From: Candidatus Woesearchaeota archaeon | GTDB taxonomy: Archaea > Nanobdellota > Nanobdellia > Woesearchaeales > UBA525 | Reading direction: 5' to 3' | Assembly (NCBI GenBank): GCA_018221245.1 | Contig: JAAOYH010000027.1 | Coordinates: forward strand, 1-39,005 | Length of the DNA stretch: 39,005 nt | Shown: piece by piece, positions 33,184-39,005 of the stretch | Position numbering within the stretch: position 1 is the first letter of the stretch | Layout of the letters: each line of letters opens with the position of its first letter | Made by a program: the position numbers and the translations under genes | The notes under the pieces: generated by a model | Told to the model about the DNA's origin: nothing | The model's database searches: none | The model's input: only the letters and a program-made list of their open reading frames with translations

Positions 33184-34659
33184 TCAGTTCTCCGGCTTCA
33201 TCGTTGGAAACAGAATAACATCTCTAATGCCCTCAGCACCGGTTAGCAAGATAACCATTCTGTCTATACCCACCCCTAGGCCACCCGCCGGAGGCATGCC
33301 TTGTTCAACAGATTCGACGAAGTCCTCATCCATCGGATGCGCCTCCTCATCCCCTTTCTTCAGGGCAGCAGCCTGTGTCTCGAGATGCTTCCTCTGCTCA
33401 GCAGGATCGTTTATCTCTGAATAAGCATTGGACAATTCCATGCCTAGGCAGAAACTTTCGAATCTCTCTATCATGCCTTCCTCTCCAGAACGTGCTGGCT
33501 TGCAGAACGGCGTCGTCTCCACGGGATGGATTGTTACGTGACAGGGCTGTATCAGCTTGGGCTCCGCAAAATGCTCGAAGAGAGCCATGATGATTTCGCC
33601 GCGAGTAGATTTCTCTGCGGCCTTCAAATCATGTTTTTTCACCAGATCTTTCAGCTCCTTGTCTGAAAGCTCGTCGACGTCTATCTTGCCATGCTCTTTT
33701 ATGGCGTCCTTCATCTTGATTCTAGGCCAGGGTGGAGTGAAATCCAGTTCGACTCCGTCGCGTTCCACTTTGGTGGAGCCATTCACCGCCTTGCTCGCCT
33801 CCGCATAACAGTCTTCTGTGACGGTCATCATCTCCTCATAATCCACGTATGCTTGGTAGCATTCCATCATCGTGAACTCAGGGTTGTGAGTCTGGTCCAC
33901 ACCCTCGTTGCGGAAGTTCTTGCAGATGGTATATACTTTTTCGAATCCTCCCACAAGGAGTCTCTTCAAGTACAGCTCAGGACTGATAGACAAATACATA
34001 GGCATATCCCACGCGTGAATGTGCGTGACAAAGGGCTTCGCGTTCGCTCCTCCATGGATAACCTGAAGAGTTGGGGTCTCAACCTCTAGGAAGCCTTTAT
34101 CGTCGAGAACTTTTCTGACTGAACGAATGATTTTGGCCCGCTTGATGAACATCTCCTTGACTTCTGGGTTCATCAACAAGTCTAAGTATCTCTTCCTGAA
34201 CTTGAGCTCGTCATCCTGGACCCCGTGATATTTCTCGGGCAGAGGCCTTACCGATTTGGAGAGTAGAGTAACCTCTTTCGCAAGTACTGTAATTTCTCCG
34301 GTGCGGGTTTTGATAACCTCTCCCTTCACTCCTAAGAAATCTCCAAGATCATAGAGCTTGAATAGTTTATAGGAATCGCCCAGGATATTCTTCCTGCACA
34401 TTATCTGGATTCTTCCCGTCTCATCCTGAATCTGGCCGAACGCAATCTTACCCATGTCTCTAAAGAGCATTAATCTCCCCGCTATAGAGACTGATTCACC
34501 AGAAGATTCCTCCTCTTGGAGTTTCGCGAAGAGCGTCTTTATCTCGGCCGCATGATGGGTCTGGTCATAGCTATACGGGTAAGGCTCGATATCGAGCTTT
34601 CTCAGCTCTTCTAGCTTTCTCTTCTTTTCCGCTATGAGTCTGTGGTCCTCATCCATCAT
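33184..34659 (-). CDS. lysS: lysyl-tRNA synthetase, class II
   Basis: 491 aa with class II motif 2 (FRNEGVDQTHNPEFTMMECYQAY) and motif 3 (GGLGVGIDRMVILLTG), plus an N-terminal OB anticodon-binding region. Confidence 0.95.
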   Translation of the reverse strand: MMDEDHRLIAEKKRKLEELRKLDIEPYPYSYDQTHHAAEIKTLFAKLQEEESSGESVSIAGRLMLFRDMGKIAFGQIQDETGRIQIMCRKNILGDSYKLFKLYDLGDFLGVKGEVIKTRTGEITVLAKEVTLLSKSVRPLPEKYHGVQDDELKFRKRYLDLLMNPEVKEMFIKRAKIIRSVRKVLDDKGFLEVETPTLQVIHGGANAKPFVTHIHAWDMPMYLSISPELYLKRLLVGGFEKVYTICKNFRNEGVDQTHNPEFTMMECYQAYVDYEEMMTVTEDCYAEASKAVNGSTKVERDGVELDFTPPWPRIKMKDAIKEHGKIDVDELSDKELKDLVKKHDLKAAEKSTRGEIIMALFEHFAEPKLIQPCHVTIHPVETTPFCKPARSGEEGMIERFESFCLGMELSNAYSEINDPAEQRKHLETQAAALKKGDEEAHPMDEDFVESVEQGMPPAGGLGVGIDRMVILLTGAEGIRDVILFPTMKPEN

Positions 34660-34727
34660 CCTGACATGCCTCGGGCAGAGTTATAAATCTTTCTCGCTAG
34701 AACTCACATCTTTCAGCAGATCTGAAA

Positions 34728-35027
34728 TCACTTCTTCTTTATCTGTAATAGAGTGATCTCTATCGTGCTTACTCTGACGTCCTTGCCTTCCTTGTTCGTA
34801 AATTCCTCAGAACCTAGCTTGATATCTGTTGTTTTCACCTGGTCCTTGAGGAATCTGTGCTTCACGACTTCAACAATGTCCACGGCACGAGATATGAACT
34901 TGCCACGCGCTTTAACAATAACTTCAGTAGCGCCTTGTGTAGTGAATTGTATAACTACACCTGTAACGTAGTTCATGAACGGTTTCTCGCCCACGAAGAT
35001 GCTGTTGTCGTCTGCTGCACCCCCCAT
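34728..35027 (-). CDS. albA: DNA/RNA-binding protein Alba
   Basis: IFVGEKPFMNYVTGVVIQF...VIVKARGKFISRAVDIVEVV...VSTIEITL. The ATG at 35027 is preceded by SD-like GGTGA. Confidence 0.9.
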   Translation of the reverse strand: MGGAADDNSIFVGEKPFMNYVTGVVIQFTTQGATEVIVKARGKFISRAVDIVEVVKHRFLKDQVKTTDIKLGSEEFTNKEGKDVRVSTIEITLLQIKKK

Positions 35028-35042
35028 TTGTATCACCTATAG

Positions 35043-35240
35043 TCACTTAGCAGCGCGCTCTTGCCTGGTCTTCCTAGTCATGAAGCCCGCAAGGACGTTC
35101 CGCAGTTTCTTGCTTCTAACAGTAGTATGCTTCTCTACTAGCACCTTATTCTCGTCGAAATTAGTAGTATACTCTTTGCCGTAGAGCTCGAATACTTGTT
35201 CTCCCTTACTCTTAATCTGTTGTGTCTTAATCCTTCCCAC
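35043..35240 (-). CDS. rps17e: 30S ribosomal protein S17e
   Basis: MGRIKTQQIKSKGEQVFELY...RSKKLRNVLAGFMTR. The start codon aligned to the conserved MGR is GTG. A TATA lies at 35260-35271. Confidence 0.9.
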   Translation of the reverse strand: MGRIKTQQIKSKGEQVFELYGKEYTTNFDENKVLVEKHTTVRSKKLRNVLAGFMTRKTRQERAAK

Positions 35241-35275
35241 AATCCCGAGAAGCTATAGTGCATTTATAAAGATTT

Positions 35276-35485
35276 CTAGAAATAAGGCATGTCCAATTTT
35301 CCATCCCTATTTCGCCTGAAATAGCCAAGCCGAACACATCTGTCAGCAATATCCTTAACATACTCCTTCGAATACCCTTTTCCTGACGAGTATGCCATTA
35401 CCTCTTCGAGGCTTTTCGGGCCTGAAACTACAGAGCGTAGTATCGAGTTGAATACCGGGTCTTTTGTCACTCTTAAGGGAGACAT
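35276..35485 (-). CDS. hypothetical small protein (possible winged-helix)
   Basis: 69 aa with ATG start. TATA CCATTTAAAAAG lies about 25 nt upstream. Confidence 0.45.
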   Translation of the reverse strand: MSPLRVTKDPVFNSILRSVVSGPKSLEEVMAYSSGKGYSKEYVKDIADRCVRLGYFRRNRDGKLDMPYF

Positions 35486-35524
35486 ACTTGCTAGAATCAG
35501 TAGACCATTTAAAAAGACGATGGT

Positions 35525-36058
35525 TCAGAGAAGCTCGACGAGAATCTTTGCTGCCAGACGATAATATTTAGGATTATCACCAACAACAAGCTCCGCAGAG
35601 GACAGATTCTTCACCATCCTGAGCCGCTGCACCACATGAATAAGCTCCCTGGGCGTGAACCCACCAATCTTCTCGACTGCGTCCATATCCACAACTAAAT
35701 GGAAGTGTTCCCAGCCACGAGCTCGAGCCATCGTTGAGTCCAAAGTGTCAGAAAGCCCCTCAAGCATCAGCTCACGCATGGTACGGGCCTCCTTCAGGCG
35801 AGGGAGCGCGTCAAGAGATAGTTCATGAGTCCCGAGAAATACAGTGCCTAGCTCACCACTAATCGGCAATATCTTGGGAGATATGACCACAACACCTGAC
35901 TGATACTCATCTGCGAGTGGCTCGTCAACAAGAGCCACCTCTCCCTGCTTTGATGGAAGCCCGTGGAAAGACCGCCCTGCCTCGTTCAAACGTATGTCTT
36001 TCATGGCAGCCAATACACCTGAGATCGATTCGCTTCCTTTAGGGATGAACAAGCGCAT
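35525..36058 (-). CDS. hypothetical protein with weak resemblance to the C-terminal half of the arginase/agmatinase fold
   Basis: HLVVDMDAVEKIGGFTPRELIHVV...AELVVGDNP...RLAAKILVELL resembles the ureohydrolase DxD ... LVE.NP ... C-terminus. LGTHELS stands where GGDHS would be. ATG at 36058, with a TATA about 25 nt upstream. Confidence 0.45.
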   Translation of the reverse strand: MRLFIPKGSESISGVLAAMKDIRLNEAGRSFHGLPSKQGEVALVDEPLADEYQSGVVVISPKILPISGELGTVFLGTHELSLDALPRLKEARTMRELMLEGLSDTLDSTMARARGWEHFHLVVDMDAVEKIGGFTPRELIHVVQRLRMVKNLSSAELVVGDNPKYYRLAAKILVELL

Positions 36059-36128
36059 GATATGGTGAGAATTATTTGATTTATAAGTCCTCGCAAACAC
36101 TTATAACTTGAGCTACGCTCCCGACGGT

Positions 36129-36425
36129 ATGGACATTTCAGACCTTTTAGACAAAGAGCTTGATAGACCTGAAGAATTCAACGAGATGCTCAGCCAAATG
36201 GCGTGTGATATCCAAGGATACGACCTTGAACTTTCTTTCCCAAAAGGAGGATATCACATAGATACTAAGAAATCGTTCAAAAGACCAGATTCAGAGGGAG
36301 TGCCCACATACAACATATGCTTCGTAAAGAACAACTCTAAAGAATCGTATGGCTGTATAATGAATCTCAGAGATGTAGAACGTGTTGAGATATTGGCTAT
36401 CGAGTTTCCTAATTATGAGAAATAA
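36129..36425 (+). CDS. hypothetical small acidic protein
   Basis: ATG at 36129, about 25 nt downstream of TATA CTTATAAC. Overlaps the next gene by 11 nt. Confidence 0.45.
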   Translation: MDISDLLDKELDRPEEFNEMLSQMACDIQGYDLELSFPKGGYHIDTKKSFKRPDSEGVPTYNICFVKNNSKESYGCIMNLRDVERVEILAIEFPNYEK

Positions 36426-37344
36426 TCTGAGAAATCTCTTGAGTGCAGGATTATGCACTCTGATGATGGGCTGTGCCAGCATGCCCCGCACCACACCTAA
36501 TGCTGTAAATAGAGAGCTCAGAGATATCCAAGCAACACTTGAAGCCATGCCTGAAGTGCACCACACAAGATTGTGCGAAGTACCAGGAGCTAACAGAACA
36601 ATCATCCATATCCGACAGGCGCATTACATAGCCCCCGCTGGCATACTGCTTCTCTTCACAGATGCTCCAACAGCAAGAGAAATGATTAGGAAAGAGCGAG
36701 AAAAGAACAAAATAGTCTATAATCACATCAACAAAGTCCAATCACAGATCTACAACATAATTGATACTCTGGGAGTCAAACACAACTTGAGAGATTTCTG
36801 GGTAGAAGAGGCAGTAGAAGGACTGTTCGACAAAAGGTATCCTGATTATGCAAAGAAATTCTTCTCGCTCACCTACCGTATGATGCTTAAAGACTTGTTT
36901 GACGCAGGCATAATTGAAGGGGAAGCATTGGAATCATACACCAAGACTAAAAAAAGCATCAAAGATCTTGACGAGTCTTACAAATTCATACCCGGAGCAC
37001 ACAAATTAGCTTTCATAGAAGATAAGATACAACTCCATCACACACACGATCCTGTAACGTATTACTCCATGCACTACGCAGATAAGAGCTCTGAATTCGC
37101 CTTGGATTTCAGAGAAAACATGGCCATCAACTACATCAGAAAAGCAAAACACACTCACAGCCCACTGATTTACGGAGCGGCTCATGCGTTCGGTGGCCCC
37201 AAGAGTTGTAATTCACCAGATGAACCCCATACAAAGTCATACGATGACAATATAGCTAGGAACAACAGAGTGCCTTTCGGCAGCAAATTCTCCCTTCTAG
37301 AAGTCACTCCTGCCGCTGTGGAAGAAGGCCTATCCTTCGAATAA
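36415..37344 (+). CDS. putative lipoprotein, paralog 1 (Tiki/TraB/ChaN-like motif set)
   Basis: Signal plus Cys (LCTLMMGC). Shares motifs with the 37667-38524 product: RQxHY, [FW]xE, IPG[AS], RE[ND][ML]AI and YGAAHAF.G..SC.SP. Confidence 0.6.
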   Translation: MRNNLRNLLSAGLCTLMMGCASMPRTTPNAVNRELRDIQATLEAMPEVHHTRLCEVPGANRTIIHIRQAHYIAPAGILLLFTDAPTAREMIRKEREKNKIVYNHINKVQSQIYNIIDTLGVKHNLRDFWVEEAVEGLFDKRYPDYAKKFFSLTYRMMLKDLFDAGIIEGEALESYTKTKKSIKDLDESYKFIPGAHKLAFIEDKIQLHHTHDPVTYYSMHYADKSSEFALDFRENMAINYIRKAKHTHSPLIYGAAHAFGGPKSCNSPDEPHTKSYDDNIARNNRVPFGSKFSLLEVTPAAVEEGLSFE

Positions 37345-37537
37345 GGAATGCCACTACTTCTGGCGAAGCATAACCCAGATCCCCTGCCAGTTTCAGTAAA
37401 ACCATCAATCTTTTCTCCATTTCAGGATCCTCGAGAGCATCGAGAGCAGTAACCTGCAAGACAGAACCTAGCACGGCGTTCTCATAAGATATTTCCTCCA
37501 CGAGAGGAAAGAAATCCAGCAGGAATGCATAGTTCAT
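37304..37537 (-). CDS. doubtful small acidic ORF
   Basis: 77-aa ORF between the two paralogs. Overlaps the 3' end of the convergent gene by 41 nt. No clear TATA upstream. Confidence 0.25.
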   Translation of the reverse strand: MNYAFLLDFFPLVEEISYENAVLGSVLQVTALDALEDPEMEKRLMVLLKLAGDLGYASPEVVAFLIRRIGLLPQRQE

Positions 37538-37635
37538 GAACTAACAACCCACACATCATTGACATAGGTTCGTACAAAAACCCCGAAGCAGAGACGGGGA
37601 AAATCGGAATCCTTACGACAGAATACTGTAAAAAT

Positions 37636-37647
37636 GCTTATAAATAC
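37636..37647 (+). promoter_or_regulatory. TATA element upstream of lipoprotein paralog 2
   Basis: GCTTATAAATAC lies about 25 nt upstream of the ATG at 37667. Confidence 0.5.
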
Positions 37648-37666
37648 ATTATTTGTCCCTTTATAT

Positions 37667-38524
37667 ATGAAAAAGACGCTAAGCACTGCGGTGTTGGCAG
37701 CCAGTCTACTTATGGGTGCATGCGAGCAAAAGCCTAGCACAGACATCTCTTCTGTCGCAGAAGAACTCAGGAAGCAGCCATATGTGGCAAACGTAAGAGT
37801 CTGCGAGACAGAAGGCGCCACGAGAAACATCTGGATGTTTAGGCAGCAGCATTACGTGTCTCAACGATTGCTTAATCAGGCTTTCGAAATATTAGACAAA
37901 GGAGTCATAGAAGGATACAAATCGGCCAACATTATACAAGAGGATATCTTTAAGGGAATATCCTATCTCGCATCAAAAGGAATTTCAGATGTCTTTTCAG
38001 AGGGAATCCACGCAACCTCTATGGACTACAACCCCCTAAAATTAGTTCCAGGAACTCCTGGAAAGTTCAGGTACAACACTCGACCACAAGAAACCTATAC
38101 TCCTGAATACCTATACAACACCACAATCGCAGAGATGAGGCGGGACGCCCACGTTGACGAAAAAATGTTCCCGTACCTTCCAGGGAGTGCACTTGTCGCA
38201 GGAATGAAAGGAATAGTCAATATTCACCCCGCTGCAACACAAGAGTCCGTAAATAAAGGCGTAAGGAATCCTACAGTTGAATACCTATATGATGATAGAG
38301 AGGACCTCGCAATCAGGTTGATAGATCACGTACAAAAAAGAGACAGCATTCTAGTATATGGAGCAGCACATGCCTTCGCAGGATTTGAAAGTTGCGGATC
38401 CCCAAACCCGGAAGTAACTGAATCGTTCAAGGACAACATCTATGAATTCAACAAAAATACTCGCACAGACAAATTCAATTTCATAGAGATAACGCCTACA
38501 AATCTTCAAAGAGAGTATCACTAG
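37667..38524 (+). CDS. putative lipoprotein, paralog 2 (Tiki/TraB/ChaN-like motif set)
   Basis: Signal plus Cys (ASLLMGAC). Shares its motifs and C-terminal LVYGAAHAFAGFESCGSPNPE...DNI...KFNFIEITP with paralog 1. Confidence 0.6.
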   Translation: MKKTLSTAVLAASLLMGACEQKPSTDISSVAEELRKQPYVANVRVCETEGATRNIWMFRQQHYVSQRLLNQAFEILDKGVIEGYKSANIIQEDIFKGISYLASKGISDVFSEGIHATSMDYNPLKLVPGTPGKFRYNTRPQETYTPEYLYNTTIAEMRRDAHVDEKMFPYLPGSALVAGMKGIVNIHPAATQESVNKGVRNPTVEYLYDDREDLAIRLIDHVQKRDSILVYGAAHAFAGFESCGSPNPEVTESFKDNIYEFNKNTRTDKFNFIEITPTNLQREYH

Positions 38525-38629
38525 TCAATTTCTTCTGAATAGAGAATAATCCACATGATAGCTCTCGCTATTAAAAGATAGATAAAAAAAAATGAGCCAT
38601 ACAAGGAAGCGACCTTGAGGTTGGAAAAA

Positions 38630-39005
38630 AATAAAATACAGACTGTTGGTAGCAGCGGGCTGAAACGGTCGTTGCCTTCCGTCTTACACCCCTGCCCCAT
38701 CAAACCGATCTTCTATCGGTGTCCTAATGTCTCTTTTCGAGGTGGGCTTCGCACTTAGATGCATTCAGTGCTTATCCCTTCACGCGTAGCTGCCCGGCGT
38801 GCCTTATCAGACAACCGGTCGACCAGAGGCGTGGGGTCATCGTTCCTCTCGTACTAAATGATCCTTCCCCTCAGACAATAAACAGGTCCAGTAGATATCA
38901 TACCAACTGCCTCGCAGCGTTGTGAACCCAGCTCACGATCCCTTTTAATGGGTGAACACCCCCACCCTTGGCCGCTTCTGCACGGCCAGGATAGGAAGAG
39001 CCGAC
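38630..39005 (-). rRNA. 23S rRNA, 3'-terminal ~375 nt (partial; continues beyond the window)
   Basis: The minus strand contains the sarcin-ricin loop AGTACGAGAGGAAC (plus-strand 38851-38864), GTCGGCTCTTCCTATCCTGG, GAGCTGGGTT, and CTGAATGCATCTAAG...GGTGTAAG near the 3' end. The 3' boundary is estimated to within about 20 nt and is followed by T-runs. Confidence 0.9.

Noticed and set aside
37581-37599. Hairpin CCCCG-N9-CGGGG flanked by A/T runs between the lipoprotein paralogs
   Set aside because: The stem is short (5 bp), and on either strand it lacks a transcript that it would sensibly terminate. It is probably incidental.
38521-38703. 60-aa minus-strand ORF
   Set aside because: It overlaps the 3' end and trailer of the 23S rRNA.
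1-39005. CRISPR arrays, transposases, or long tandem or inverted repeats
   Set aside because: Reading both strands by eye, I saw no regularly spaced direct repeats, no IS-like terminal inverted repeats and no recombinase motifs. Short repeats may have been missed without computation.

Overview
Archaeal chromosomal segment. Hallmarks are TFB, Alba, eS17, RpoK, exosome Rrp4/Rrp41/Rrp42, proteasome alpha, RNase P Pop5, SBDS and an archaeal-type ProRS. Coding density is very high: many neighbouring genes overlap by 4 nt (ATGA), and several convergent genes share their stop codons. AT-rich BRE/TATA boxes of the form cgTTTAAAAAgg sit about 25 nt upstream of many start codons, which suggests largely leaderless transcripts. 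Together this fits a small-genome, possibly DPANN-like archaeon, but the lineage is inference only. The core content is: split NnrE/NnrD; TFB; IleRS, ProRS and a class II LysRS; an Ogg2-type glycosylase; a GDPD / mini-MGMT / kinase / HemK-like operon; the exosome-proteasome superoperon; tRNA-Val(CAC); and the 3' end of a 23S rRNA at the right edge. Accessory content clusters in three places. (i) 17.6-22.2 kb, ending at the tRNA: a zinc-ribbon protein, a convergent RHH/PIN pair, a zincin, a decayed Bro-N-like pseudogene flanked by 13-bp direct repeats, and an AbiE-like wHTH+nucleotidyltransferase pair. (ii) 22.3-28.6 kb: exported proteins, including a 1006-aa protein with about 96 cysteines. 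(iii) 36.1-38.5 kb: two paralogous lipoproteins with Tiki/ChaN-like motifs. An orphan, GC-rich, structured candidate ncRNA lies at about 7.0-7.1 kb. No CRISPR array, integrase or transposase was seen. All family assignments come from motif recognition by eye. No searches were run, so they need HMM or structure confirmation.
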